Below are positions 26,701-41,529 of a stretch of DNA of 64,000 nt, piece after piece (position 1 is the first letter of the stretch; every line of letters begins with the position of its first letter). This DNA is from Trichoplax adhaerens (taxonomy: Eukaryota > Animalia > Placozoa): positions 4,220,123 to 4,284,122 of the forward strand of contig NW_002060944.1 in the NCBI RefSeq assembly GCF_000150275.1, given 5' to 3'. Under the pieces are notes generated by a model that did not search any database, was not told the origin of the DNA, and saw only the letters and a list, made by a program, of their open reading frames with translations. The translations under genes were made by a program, and so were the position numbers.

Positions 26701-29700
26701 CAATGCAAAAGTACTTTCTTCATTTATTGCCTTCATTTCGGCAACTTCTAACTGATGTTGCAGTGTATTGCAAAGAGCTTTACTCTTATTCAGCTGTTCA
26801 TGTACCGTTGACATATCTTCATTAAAAATTTTGGCCTGGTTGAGTTGCAATTTAAGGTTTATATTGATTTTTTCACTTTCTAGTAGTTTCGAATTGAGAT
26901 TAGCAATCTCATTTTTTAGAAAAATTAAAATATCATGGTTACTGCCTGATTCGCTTTCGCTAATTTTGGCGTAATTAGATGGCAAGTTGTTTAGCAAAGC
27001 TTCCAACTTTTGCATATTAACAAACATTGCTGATATTTCGTTTTCAACTTGCAAAGGGGTGTTATTCGTTATGGAAGATCCTTTTTCAAAGCTTTCAGGC
27101 GAAGATTTACCTAATTGTGATGATTTAGCGTACCGTGGTTGCGTAAGAATCTCTCGTAAAGTTCGTAACGAATTTAACTGGCAATTTACGAGGAACTGCA
27201 AGTGGTTATCGGTAGATATCGGATCCGCGTGATCTATGCAATCTTCTGGACTATTAGTAAATGTCTGAGATGATACGCTAATCTAGAAAATAAAATATAT
27301 TGACCAAAATTTGCAATCATTAAATTTCACAGCAATACGCATAACTCTATTCTTGAGGTATTGAATATTAGCCATACGTATGCAAGCAATAATAATCCAA
27401 TTCAAGAGATTAAAATATAAGGCATTTTTGGGATTACCTTCTTGCTAGGACTAGAACAAAATTGTGCTATGACCGCTTCTTTTTCTTTGACGAGATTTTC
27501 TAAGTCTTTTATTATACCCTGCAAAAAGAAAGAGCTCAAGCGTAAACTGACAGATTTTTCATTTGATATTTTGGTTTAGACTGTGATTTACTTGGAGAAC
27601 GTCGCTCTTCTCATGCTCATTCTGTAACTTTCGGGTAAGCTGGAACCTCAATTCCTACGATTCAGATCGAAAGAATTTTGTATAACTATTTAAGTTTTAA
27701 CATATAAATGTCAGTTGACTGTTATACTCCTTACTTCGATTAATGCATCTTTTGCATGGACAGATTCATTAAGAGATTCCATGCTTTTGACTCTAGAATC
27801 GAGCGTACTTTTAATATCCATATTTTGCTGTTGCAGTTCCAATATCTCTTCGCGTAAGCGAGCATCCGATTTTGCTAAATCTTCAATTTTTAAATTGTAT
27901 GCTTCTTGCTGTTTTTTCAAGTGATCTATAGTTAGACTGTGAGATGTAAATATTTAGTGAATAAAACATCGAATTGCTGAAAAGTAAATAACTGTCTTTG
28001 CTTAGAAGGTAATTTAAAATTTCATCTATGCGTATTACTTTGCCTGAGTTAATGCCGTTATACGGCTCTCTAATTCTCGTCGGAAAGTTTTTACATTAAC
28101 ATTAGCTTCTGCTAATGCCACTTCCTTTTCTGTCTTATCAACTTCAAATTTCTGGAGAGCGTCGTCCTTATTCTTGGCTATCGTTTCCAGTTGAACCATC
28201 CGTTGCTGTAAAACTTTCATTTCGGAATCTTTCATTGGATTAGTACCACGAACATTCTTGTGATACAAAAGGGAGAAATTTTAATTTATAAGACCACAGT
28301 TTTAAAGAGTAACAAATTACAATACCTAAAGTTTTGTGGAATAAATATATATTGCTTACCTGTAACTTCTTAAATAATCTGTCTTTCTCTAATCCACTTT
28401 CTACTAGTTGCTCTATTGTTCGATCCTTTTCACTTATGATCATTCTTAAGCGAGTAAGCATGAATTCGTTATCCTTGCCGGATGCTTTAGGCATACTTCC
28501 CAATGACTTTAAATCCATTGATTTCGAATTTAATTCGGTATTTAAACGCTGCATGGCATGATTCTTTTCCTCCTGTAATTTTTTAATTTCCTCAGCCGAT
28601 TCTTTTAAGAGCATATCTTTCTCCTGTAATGTTTGTATCATACGCTGAATAGCCATCTCATGTAGAACACTTGATTTTGTCTGATCGGTTAAAATTTCCT
28701 ATAACAATGAATAGTCGATATTTTATCGTAATTAATAGAAAAACGAAAGCTATTTATTATTTGCAGCTATTCTCATATTAATATTATGCCACAGAAAATT
28801 CTACTGTAATATTTATACCTCTACTAGCTGATCTTTTTCAACAAGGCGATTTCTTAATTGTTTTAGTAAATCATAATTCGCTCCTTCTTCTACTGCTTCC
28901 CCAAATTCCTCATAAAATATCTATGCAAATGTTAACACGAAAATTTTCAAGCAACCCCATTGAATAAGGAAAAAGCAATAGTAGATTGCTAAACAGCTTT
29001 AATATAATTCAAGCGATGAATATTTTATTCTATTGCTATACTATATCTAAATCATCAAAAGTACAGTAAATCCCTGCGATCCGTAAGAGAATATGATAAT
29101 ATAAGCTGTTTACCTTCATAGCATTATCGCTATTAGCTAAATCTCTGGTGAGTCTTTGAATAACTGCATCTTTTTCCAAAGCAGCCTTTGATGCAAGATC
29201 TGCAGCTTCCTAAGAAAAAAACAAATACAATATGAATTATAAAATATCAGGTAGACTTTGGTGATACAATTGAAATTATATTTAATTAAGAGCCACTCAC
29301 ATTGTGAACTTTTCCTTGAGAAGCTACTGTATTTTCAAGCTGCGAGATTATCTTTTCATTATCTTCTTTGACTATCTCTAATCGCTTTTGCTCTTCCTTA
29401 AGACAATTAATGCTAGCTTTCAGTTGCGATATTAGTCTGTTCTTCTCCGATGCAGAAGTTTTTAATTGAAGAATTTCCGAATCTTTCGCTTCTATAGTGG
29501 AATCTTTCCTTCCAAGTTCATTCTATAATACAAATACACTTCGCAGTGATTTATTGATCCATTAACGAACTACAACATAGCATAATGCATATTTACCTGA
29601 TAAAACATCTCCGTATCACGCAATTTCTTTTGCAGCTGCTCAGTTATGCTTGGTTTGTCATTACTGACCTAAAGATATAAGTGTTAAATATACAGTATTG

Positions 29701-32700
29701 CTATGAGATTCTCCGCTAAAAAGACGGTAGTAGTTTTATTAAGTACAATATTATGAAAACAGCAGCAATAGAACCTTTTCTTTATCCATGGAATCTTCAC
29801 TGAGGTTTCTGAATGTTGCATCAATTATAGCCTAGAATACGCAAGATAAAGACTTTCGACTAACACCGTAATACTATGAACAATCTGATCATAAATATAA
29901 GGACTAAATATATTCTCGAACTCATTATGGTACGTTTTATTTGTATTAATTGTACAAAACAGTAATTCAGAATTTTCAAAGTATTATCATAGCATTTACA
30001 TGCCTGAAGTAATTGATCTTTATCTCGTAAACTTCGAGATAAACTTTGAATACGTTTTTCGTTATTCGTTAACTGATGTTGACTGGTTTCACATAAAACC
30101 TAGAAATCATAAAAGATGTCATTAAACGCGAAATACGATATAGGGCTAGCTTTACGTAAAGTTCAAGTAAGCGACACGTATTAAATTTTTTCATTTAGCG
30201 TGTCGAACAAAATTTGCTTATTTCTTACTATGATAATAAAATCACTAAAAAATTAACATACTTTATAATGATCTTCCAGCTGATTATACTTCCTCTGGCT
30301 GTTTTCATTTGTTTTATTTGTTTGCTCTTTAAGATCCTGCCAATACGAAGAATAAGACATCATTTCAATTCGAGTTTCACTTTATATATTTTAATTATAA
30401 AATTATTTTCACCTTTATTTGTTGTTCATTTTGCTGCATGATATCTAATAGTTGTTGTTCTACTCTCTTTTGGCTTCCAGTCAAATGCTGAAAGTATTAC
30501 AAGAATGTAACGATATTATTAAATTGCTGTCAGAAATTGCAATGAAACACTAATACTCTCAGAACTACATCATAAACGGTATTGTAAGAGCGAAGGATAG
30601 AGAGGTATCATCAAAGACAAAGCGATAGTTTACCTCGATCTCGTTAACTTTATTTTTTATACTTTCAGATAATCGCTACGAAAAAAGACAGCATTACAAC
30701 GATTACATACGTAATGTTATTTTGCATATCATTAAACCCTAATCTCTAAATTGATTGTCCATACAGCATTGGTTAGTTGTTGTTCATGGAGGTTTGCCTT
30801 TAGGTTAGCAATAGTTGTATCTTTATCACGGAGAGCAGCATTAAAAGTGCTTTGGCTCTAATGAAGTTATAGGTAGCCGAACAAAGCAATATATACCAGA
30901 AGGTAAATGAGTGAGTAAACCTTTAATAGTAATGCACTGCCTGACTCTGGCGCGAATTATCTGTTACCTTAACATTACGTGCTTGAGTATGTCTCGATAT
31001 CTCCTTAGTTCTAGCCATAGCCTCGGACAAAGATTCTATCTTCTCTTTTAAAACATTTACCTACAGTAAAAGGAAAATAATTAGCATTAACATTACATTA
31101 ATCTATTTTTGACAGTCTCACAATATCTACATAAGATAATTTATCAAGGAAAGCAGAAATTAACCTCTACAGATTTCTTTTCTACCCTATCCAAGTACAC
31201 CTTAACAGTAAAATTATTTTAAAAATTATTCATGGGTTAGAATCTAGGAATAAAGAAAATTGCCCAAATTGAATAGAATAAGGTAAAATTTACTTTTTCG
31301 ATGGTTTTTTCTGCGCTTTCTAGACTATTTAGTATTTTCATCTTTGATTCTTGATTTCTAAATAATTTTTGTAATTCCTGAAAAGAAAAAAATTAAATTT
31401 TTAGTAACCTTTACAACTAGTTGCAAACCATTTCAGATTCTTTAAAGCAAATAAACATAATAAAATTCGATATTTTACCTGATCCGATTTTCCATATGCC
31501 TCAATCTTGCATAACACGTTGATTAAATTATTATCGTAAGCTTCATTTGTAGAGCGCAGCTGTTCTTTTAGGTCCTCTATTTCATTATCTTTATCTTGAA
31601 TCGTTTTATTTAATACTAGCTTCAGTTTCTGTATAGAGTATGATAAATAAATTAAAATTTTTATAACTGCTGATAACGCAGTCTAGTCAAGCTCATCTAA
31701 GCAATATAACCTCCGAATTATCTGTTTTTTCTGATATTTCATTAATTAATTGATCATGATCTTGCTGATGTTGCAATTTCATCGAATTTAAGCGATCAGA
31801 TAATTCCTTTATTTCTTCTGCTTGTTTATTCAGTTGGATTTGCTTATCCTAAACCAAAGACGTTTACAATTTATAAAGCAGTTAGCACATTTTGCTGGTT
31901 AATAGACTAAATGAACTCAATCGATATGAGAATGTATACACTCTACACATTACAGTGTTTGTGGTAAGCTATTAATACAAACGTAATTAAATACCTGCAG
32001 TGCATTCTCCTTTATCTGAGCTTCTCTTATAAGGTTATTCATCTTAAGGTAAGAAAAATAAGAAATGGTAGAACCTGGCAAAAGAAAAATAAGTATTTCC
32101 GTATAAATTTACCGAATCCTTCAAACGCTTTGTTTCCTTCTCACAATTATCTTTTATCTGTGCAATAAATTGCTCTTTTTCTTCAATAGTTGCCCTTAAT
32201 TCTTGAATTATGCTGTGTGATTTAGAATAGATAGAAATATCGAAAATTTAAATATTAGCCGTTACACACTGTGTAAATTGCAGACTCTGTTATTTTTCTA
32301 TTGCAATAGAACAAACCTTTCTTTTTCATGGACATGGCCCATAATATTTGACTAAGGTGTGAAAATTAGATCAAAAATAAATGCATCTCTTCAGTGTAAT
32401 ACATTACTAAACTTTATAGGAGTATACGTCATAGTATTGCTATTACAGTACCTTTACAACATCAATTTCCTTCTGTTTATTGTCAGTCATTTTTTGTATA
32501 CGATCTTGGAGCTGTTCACATTCAGCCTGGGTACTTTTCTGCAAATGATAAGGTAGCACAATTAAAAGAAATCACACTACAAGTGATGATTAATTTATAT
32601 CAACGTTGCATACTAGTTCGCCTAGATTGATGGCGTAAGAATCCGTGCACATTTGCAGTTCCTGTTATAAGTTCATTAAACAATAATTTTTGATATAATA

Positions 32701-35293
32701 ATTTAGATCGATATTAGTTGAAAAAAATGCAAGAATATATCATTTAAGTAATATATACCTGTTTCAATTTACGATTTTGATCATTATATGTCTGCTTCAT
32801 TTCAGAGGTCTTTGCATCGAAACATCTCTGAAGAGCTGCAGTTTCGGATGCATATTGTGCCTTCAGCTGCAAGTTACAAAAAGAAATGAAAATAAAGATG
32901 AGTACAAAATCATCCTGTAATCATAATTGGGTTAGTAATTAACTGTCAATCATTCCTATACTATATATATATTTAATTTCTGAAATATAAAATGAAGGAC
33001 TAAATAAATTGGTATTTATAATAAAATATGAAGGTAGCCTATTACCGCTGCTATTTGTTGTTCGTTGTGATTTGTTAAAGAATCAACTGTTGTTCTAGGA
33101 TAGGAAAATTCAATACATTTTAGAACGGCACCACCGAAAAATATTTGTTTTACTTCAATATAAAATTAGTACATACGATGCCTGTAGTAAAAGTGCCTCT
33201 CTTTCTCTCAATTCTAATTGAAGATTTTCTATTTCCGCTACTAAGGTAGTATTCTATATGTAAATTATGATAACTCAAATTGAGAAGATGTATGGATTCT
33301 TCATGATAAAAGAAAATATACCCATGAAATATAATATTAACTGATTGAAATGATAGATCCAATGACAAAATTTGAATAAATTTTACAATCGATTTAACAT
33401 ACCATTTCAATGAGCTCAGCTGTACCAGTAGAGTCATCAACCGATTTTATTTTGAGCAAGTTTAGTTGTTCTGCTTTGTAAAGGCGCTGCTTTAAGTTAA
33501 AATTTTCTCTCTCCATTTGAGAAAATTTCTATAATCGATAATAAGCAATATTACATTTGTCGGTGTCATCTTACGTCATGTTGAAGTGCGATTTAATATT
33601 TTATTATTACGATATTTCATCATCTAGTTGTACTCTATTTTAGCTTACATGAGTATGCTCTTTCACAAAATATGGAAGTTTAGTGATTAAGCCACCGGTT
33701 ACTTTAAAAGAAAAAATTGATGTTTGCATTAGATTTGTTCTATAAAACATCTATCAAATAATTAATCATAATTTCAAACTCTATGCAAGTAAATGGAGAT
33801 TGACCTTGTAACTAGAGATTGAATTCTACTAGTTAGTACAGTCCATAAGATAAGGCTAGTATACTTGTATACAGAAAGGTCTTATTTTAGCTCTCGATCA
33901 ATTTCTAGTTAACAACTCAAGTATAATGGATTTCTTATTACGATATCTAGGCATGCCTTAAGACTGACCTGAATCATTCAAGACACTTTCATTATTTTCA
34001 ATGTTGGAATTATACGATGCTGCGATTGGATATTTCCTGGCAAAATTTTGGCTTTCGGTTCCAAAACAGATAGAAAATTAGATCAATTTTGTTCAAATGC
34101 ACAGCGGTAACTAAGAGTATTCTACAGTGTGAATTCTTTCTAATGAGTGATTTTAACATTTCATTTATAACTCATAAATACACGTAGGCTGAGCATGTTG
34201 TGTGTTGTCAATACGCGTTGTCTTCCAATACTGTCGTACTACATCATAGCATATTATGACAGATGAATATAATTTAATTTAATTTCAATTATTTAATATC
34301 TATCATTAATTAGAATAAAAAAGGTAAAAATGATGGCAAATGATGGCTTTGACATATTCTTTTATCTTTACTTAGGCTTGTAAGGTATTCTACTGTAATT
34401 ACTCTAGTGACGTATTTTAAAAATGTCAACACTAGGTTTATCAACAGATTCAAATAACGAACGCCAATCATCATTAATAACTATAGACATTATTGCTAAT
34501 TATTAAATTTGTTTGGCAGTTAAATATTAACGTCTTCACTCCTTGATCATTTCATTTGTAGCATAATGGATTCGATTTAAAATTCCTAAAGAGGAACTAG
34601 TCAGTCGAGTTTGATCACTTGTCACCATATCTGACTGGACATGAATAAATAAATGGTTGAGTATGTCCGCGTCAACAAGTTGATTCTCGTTGATCGATAG
34701 CATGGATAATATATATCGATGGAAAGTTGTCATTTCAAACATGTATGATAACCTATTCTAGTATTCTGATATGATATAAATATCCATGATGTCGTCCATT
34801 ATTATCCTTTGCACTGTACTCATTATTGGGTGACGAATTGCAAATAGTCCTAGCTACAAGATAATTTCTAATTCATTCTCACCATTTTCAGGTTGAAATT
34901 TATAACCTGGAAAGATTACTGTAGTTATTGATGTACTTGGCCAATACTATTATCGATAAGTACTTTCTAGGCTTGCATAATGCTTGTCTACATTGATAAT
35001 AAGCTATCTGGCTGGACTTGATCCTTTAATGTAAATTTCATGCAAATCATTCCTAACCATGGATATCAATTGTATTTTATTTATTTATACGATGATGATT
35101 GACTGCTATCGCTCGTAAGAGAACGATCGATAGTGTCTAGAAAAAGATGATCAACGACTAGAGTGATATCGATCGATATCCAACAAGTAGAAATAGTGCA
35201 GATCGATTGCAAATTGCACGATGTAAGTCAATTGATGATCGCTTACCTAGCATCGAATTCAGTACTATCATCGAGGTATTTGGATGATTCCAT
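23764..35293 (-). CDS. CDK5RAP2: CDK5RAP2/myomegalin(PDE4DIP)/centrosomin-family large coiled-coil protein, more than 30 exons
   Basis: Start MESSKYLDDSTEFDAR at 35293. CM1-like motif VKEHTH|KFSQMERENFNLKQRLY (exons 33701-33649 and 33528-33403). Long coiled-coil exons. CM2-like C-terminus LRLEVTTLKRKIRSQEQLI...NRTQHLIKETNRMLK|DKADTKS*. Probably co-orthologous to both vertebrate paralogues. Confidence 0.8.
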
Positions 35294-36015
35294 AATTGAT
35301 CTATAATTGCAATTTTAAAAATAATCTTGAGTCAATGTACTTGAACCACTTTGACAGTATTATCGACGCAAGTTGATTGATGATGGCAATCGCTTGAATA
35401 TAATCTTCCAATCTAAATACTAGATCAAGCAGCACTAGCTACTCTCGATCCAGCTCAAAAACATCTAGGTAATAGACTGTCTGTTGTAGGTCTTTTCCCA
35501 CAAGTAATAATGGACGCTTTGCAAGGAATTGGCTTTGCTCCTTTTTCCAACCTGAGATAGAATTAATTAATTAATTAATTACGCTGAAAGGACAAGCGAT
35601 CTAGTCCAGGATACTACTCCTAATCCCCGATAGACGACGAAGATCAGTATACCAATTGGATAATGATGGCGGCCAGCGACTTCATTGACTGCTAAAAGTA
35701 AACAGTAAACGACGTCTCAAAGCGTAGTAAATACGCGCTACTACCCCACTTGATGGCACGGATATTACTTCACTTTGACTGGACTCCAACACCTGTTTCA
35801 GTCCTACTCTTCTTTTTGTAACGGTCACAAACGAGACCAGATGGACTGGCCAAAATTTGATTTTTGACTTTTTAACGGTTTTATCCTTGTACCAACTTGG
35901 CGACTACGCTGGGCAGTCTAATGACACTGTCCACAAGCACTGTACGCGTACCCAACTTGACTTGACAGTATGGTCATCCAGTACTGACTGGGAATGTCCA
36001 TAAGGCGTCCGTCTG

Positions 36016-36516
36016 TAAGGCGACGATGGGTTATAGCGGTGCTCTACGGCGGACTCGACGAGATCAGCTAACGATCGAGAAATAGTCGCTGAAAGGCGAT
36101 ATCATTGATTTTGAATGGGAAATTGCACCTTTTTAGTACATAAGGCGACGATGGGTTGGAGCAGTGCTCTGCCGGACTCGACGAGTGCTGACTAGTACTC
36201 TACTGCTCATACTGCACAACTGCAGAATGGATCAACTAGATCAGCTAACGATCGAGAAATAGTCGCTGAAAGGCGATATCATTGATTTTGAATGGGAAAT
36301 TGCACCTTTTTAGTACATAAGGCGACGATGGGTTGGAGCAGTGCTCTGCCGGACTCGACGAGTGCTGACTAGTACTCTACTGCTCATACTGCACAACTGC
36401 AGAATGGATCTACTAGATTAGCTAACGATCGAGAAATAGTCGCTGAAAGGCGATATCATTGATTTTGAATCGGTTTCAAGCATTCCAAATTTGCAAATTA
36501 CACCTTTTTAGTACAT
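36016..36516. repeat. 177-bp tandem repeat, about 3 copies (first copy has an internal deletion), upstream of the CDK5RAP2-like gene
   Basis: taaggcgacgatgggtt... starts at 36016, 36141 and 36318; copies 2 and 3 are nearly identical. Confidence 0.95.
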
Positions 36517-37557
36517 CACTACCGATACAATGAGCGATGCGATACTCGTATACGGTCGATAGACATATTTTCTACTATTACACGACGCTAATTTACCATA
36601 CAATTTGTTATCGTCATCAATTCTAGTAACCATAGACGAATAGCAACACTATACGCGCGTATATACAGCATGGACCGATGTGCTTCTCCTAGAGTTTCAT
36701 GAAAACAATCTATAATCATGTTCTTCTGCTGTTGTATCATGTACAACTAGAAACGTGACATTGAAAAGCAATAATAGCGTCTTTATTTGCTGAAAAATAA
36801 CTATAAATACGGACGGTAAACATCCATCGGAGGCTTCACTGATAATAATTTATTAAATATATATATATATATAACCGATGCAGTACTCAACCTGCTGTAC
36901 TGTACAGCTAGATACATTATTATGATTACCATCAATCATGAAAGCTTCCTTAAAATACACCATATACACTTGTACAGTATTGTACATTCCTAATTATAAT
37001 AAGAATCACTTATAATTCATAATTTATAGATCATTAACATGCACACACAGTAATTATGTAATACCAGCATAATCAAAATAGATAACGTAATAGTGCAGTT
37101 CAATTCCTATTACGTACTAGTAATTATACAAATATTACATACATACAGTACAATCATCTGCTTGTGAATACCAATATACATCATAATAATGGCAGCATTA
37201 CATGCTTCCAAGAATAAATCCATTGAATGGGGAATTAAATGAGTGAAATATTGCATTATTGTAATACAACATAGTGTCGACTAGCCATTGGAGATAATAC
37301 ATCAGTATAGTTCACAAATCAGGATATTTTCAAAGATTTACACGACCAGATTTATTATTATCTAATCATTGGGGATAAAATATCACTGTATTGAAAAAAA
37401 ATTGATTGATCCTAATTTACAGAACCGAATAAATACAAGCAACGATACCAATTTTTACCTTCATAATAAGACAGTATAGATATACTTATATATGTCAGTA
37501 TATAAAATATGATTTGCAGGTTGCACAAGCACTATGATAATATGCGTATTCTTCTTA

Positions 37558-40500
37558 TTAAAAAGTTCTTCTTGGATTCCCAACTTTAGGTCGAATCTTA
37601 TCATAAAAGAACTTTTGCTGCACCACTTTTCTACCTATTGTTTTATCATTTAATTTTTTCCCTTTAACAAGAGTCGATTCTTTAATTCGTTGAAATATAG
37701 CTAATGCAAACTCATAGAATTCATTCTCCATTTTCCAAATTTTACTTTTTTGCATTGCATTTATAGTAGCTTCAGATGGAGGCAATTTGTATTTCGTTTT
37801 TCTCGCATGAGATTTACTGACTGGAAACAATAAGCCATCGTTACAAAAATAATAATTCAATACGTCATATACCTAACATGGTGACCATTTTAAAACAGCA
37901 GCATAACCAATTGAAGCACTTACATGTTAGAAACCTGTTTGTTGCGCCCTTAAATAATTTGGGAAGGGTAGCTTCAAGTACATTGATGAAACCAGTAAGG
38001 TCCTCAGTTACACCTACTAGTAGATACTTGTGGAACAAATTATGTTTGGCTTGTTGCAGAGCCCACTCATTGCCAGGAATCCTAATATGAATATTTATCG
38101 ACGTGATCAATAAAATCAATACTAAGTAATAGGATCTTAACGAAGCCATTTACCAGCATTGCGTATGATGACCACAAAAAAAAGGAATCTGAAGCCAAAG
38201 TTTTTCAGGACGACAATCAGGTAGATTTTTTGCTACACACTCATCAAACGTCTGCATATTTATAAGATTTGCATGTCTAGTATCAATTATACTATATATT
38301 GAATCACGATATTTATAGCAGTATCTTTTGGGCATACAGTAGTAATGCTTACTATTTTATCGCCCATCTTTCGCCGATGTAGATGTGGCCTAAAATCATC
38401 TCCATAACGAAGAAAATAATAAAACGAAACTAATCTATCCAGTGGTTTTCTTAACACATTAATATATATAGGCCGGTTGAATGCACCATACCTAGGATAA
38501 AATAGGAAAGCATACGACATTAGCTATCATAGAAAACATGTTTTATCATTAAAAAAAAAGTATTAACTAATAAACGGTTTATCTAGCAAATTTAAAATGC
38601 AGCTCTTCGTCTAAGATGAAGAAAATATCAAATCAAATCAAGGGTTTACTTTTCAAAATCGAGATAAGCTAAATGACCATGGAAAATAGCAGGCTGCATT
38701 TTGCTCCAGCTTGTTATATTCCTTATAAAACGTCCCTAAAGATGACATCGTCAATTACTGTAAGTTACCTATCTTCATTTTCCAATATTAGCCAACAATA
38801 TTCACACAAGCCATATATTTTAAATAAAAATTACAAGTACTTTAATAATGCTATCAATAGTACGCATGTTCTATGTGATTGCACAATAGCTGGACTCATT
38901 GTCAAATACGCCATTAATTGCGAAGCGAATTAAATGATGAGCCATTAATGGTATTTAGTAAATGCTTAGCCAATATCTATAACAAATGCCAATAACTCGG
39001 TGAAATTGGCCGCAAGTGTCTGATACAAGTTCCGGCAAAGCATCACATGAATTGAATTTTATCCGTATAATATTGACAATTAAAATTTAATTTAATTTTC
39101 TACAGTCTGACCTGATCTGCAACATGCATTACATGAGAATTCTTGCTAACATTAAGGTGTAGCACGCGAAACTTATTAATTTTACAGAGATCGTAGAATA
39201 ATGCCATTACGGATGTACTTCCAGTTTTTGGTACGCGATTATATATGATAACAGTCTTCCTCTATAATGTTAACAAAGGCAATCAAATATTATTACTATA
39301 ACATAAATAGAGTAACGTTTAAGGAACAAATGTTACAGAGCCATGAGTCAATAAGGCGCTATTGACCGCATAATAGGACGCATTACGAAACTAAAATTCA
39401 GGGGGCTATCTTAAATCGTTGGGGTATTGTAATTGCTGTACGCTTTAGAATGTAAATTTCGATATTACTTTATCGGATAAAACTTGTAATTTCTGCAAGG
39501 TTAAAACTCCTGAAGCCGAAATATACCAACCGAGTGGCTGATATATCAGAATTCAGAAGGCTATATAGTATGTTTGAATACACACTTTATGTAATGTAAA
39601 ATTTTTGATTAAATTAAATCTAAATTTCTCCATCACAGCTCTCGTATATAACTAAAACTAGTACTTGGCAATACACGCGAAGATTAGATATGCTAAGATT
39701 ACTATACGAAATTATATACCTTTACAGGATTGTCTTTCGCTACTTTAATCTTTCCTTTAAAGATTCCTAGAAATTATAAGCAAATCAGAGTATTATTCAC
39801 TGTCAGTAAACTGCAAGACAGTAGATTCCAATCCTCAGTACAGTAGCACTTCCAGCGTAACATTTCATGAGTACTGTCTAGTGCTAGTGCTAGTGCATTT
39901 CATGAGTACTGTACTGTCTAATGTCTAGTGTATGTTCTTTCGATTTATAAAGTAGGACAATTGACGTTCAATTAATGTAGTACGGGTATATTATAAAGCG
40001 TACTTTGACTAATTATTTAATCGCATATTTATCCATTGAGGATAGCTGAAGTAAATATGCACTTAATTTTCCAGTATCATTGCAATCCGTTGTTATCAAT
40101 GCTAACCCTAACACTACAGTGTACCGTAGTGCAGATTAGAAATAAGTCAATTGTGCCTGTCGATGTTACATTAAAATTGAAATGATGATTATTACTACCA
40201 TTGAAAAATTAATCAGATTCATTATTGTAAATCAAATCATCTTGCTAGGGATTTGTTAATACTGTATTATCCATTTCAGGTATATTATTAAGACCATATA
40301 GCCCAAACTTGCATTACAGTATTGTTCACTGGATAGTCTACAGTCCTGCATTTTGACCGTTGCATGTACGCGTACGTTGATAAGCCGTTCAAAATGACTG
40401 TGAAGTTTCATAAAATTACAGTACTGTAATACCATTTGCAAAACTTGCTGTCAAAAATTGTAATATTCTATTTGTAGTGGTAGAAAATAGACCAAATGCA

Positions 40501-40790
40501 GTACAATATACGAAAGTCTATTTCTTACTTGTACTGATTCATTTAATTTATCCATGTTGTACTGTAATATCAATATCTTGTAGATTCATATTATATACGA
40601 TGCAATAGTGGTTTTCAAACAAAGAAACTGAAATTGATATATATATATATATGTATGTCGAAATATTACTGTTGATTGCTTCATCATGTTCAGTCAGAGT
40701 GGTCTTTAAGTTCTGGATCTGGATCTGCTGGGTAAGCAGTAAGACAATCATGAAGAAGCACAAAACAACCACAGGTGCTCTACTATTCAT
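37558..40790 (-). CDS. HS2ST1: Heparan sulfate 2-O-sulfotransferase (8 coding exons)
   Basis: Type II signal-anchor [19 protein letters not shown]; 5'-[14 protein letters not shown]; [10 protein letters not shown]; 3'-[29 protein letters not shown]; [11 protein letters not shown]; [12 protein letters not shown]; [11 protein letters not shown]. Confidence 0.97.
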
Positions 40791-41094
40791 TTTCTTGATT
40801 CCACGTTGCTGCTGCTTGACTAATAGGCAGTACCGCACTGATTGCAAGCTGAAGAGGAATTAGACTTGCCAACCCCAAATCTCAACTCGATCGATCATCC
40901 GTTTCTCTCTCTCCAACAACTTTAAATATTATTATTCACTGGATTTACTTGAACAAGGGCTATCAGCATGGAATCATAACATGCGTTCATTCCAATCTAT
41001 TGACTGTATATATATCGTATGTCGGGATTGCTTTTGATTACGACTATCGGTACTTTATTCTGCCGCTGTTTTCTTTTTGCATTTAAAAATTGAC

Positions 41095-41290
41095 GAGTAC
41101 AGATGGACAGGACAGTATAATAGGTTATACAGTACAGTATAATGCAATGCGAGCATCCACAGTACAGTACAGTACTGTACTGTACTGTACTGTACAGTAG
41201 TCTGCAGAATACTGTAGAATCTGTCTCTGGCAGTCAGTCTAACTTTCTTTTTTAGAGGACATTTGAGTGAGTACAGTACTGTACTGTACA
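41095..41290. repeat. (TACAG)n/(CTGTA)n palindromic pentamer array in the HS2ST1/RNF26 divergent intergenic region
   Basis: agtacagtacagtactgtactgtactgtactgtacagtag at about 41161-41200, plus flanking copies. Confidence 0.85.
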
Positions 41291-41529
41291 CGGTAACATT
41301 GCACATGCGTACTACTGGACTGTCGCTCAACGATGAACACCATCGTGGAGTGCTAGATTCTTGCTTTTTTTTTCCAAACACCGTTTTTTAAAATGACAAA
41401 AAATGGATTGTTGCTTCGCCAACGGAGGGATCGTAGTTAAAACCTATCCAATTCGATTCGTTCGTTCATTCCGCCTTTCAGTCTCGAGAAATCGATAATA
41501 ACGCGATAGGCACATTTAGCAAGCGTTTG

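Noticed and set aside
24997-28561. Plus-strand ORFs antisense to CDK5RAP2-like exons (similarly 52254-52625 and 42145-42333)
   Set aside because: Shadow ORFs of real coding exons on the opposite strand.
39860-39930. Short direct repeat catttcatgagtactgt in HS2ST1 intron 1
   Set aside because: Ordinary slippage duplication with no further signal.
41055-41381. ORFs rich in Y/S/T/V/Q/C (also at 50075, 56433, 56459 and 61359-62283)
   Set aside because: They are translations of the TACAG/CTGTA pentamer arrays. Only the 3' part of ORF 56459 is real (DCTN3 exon 1).
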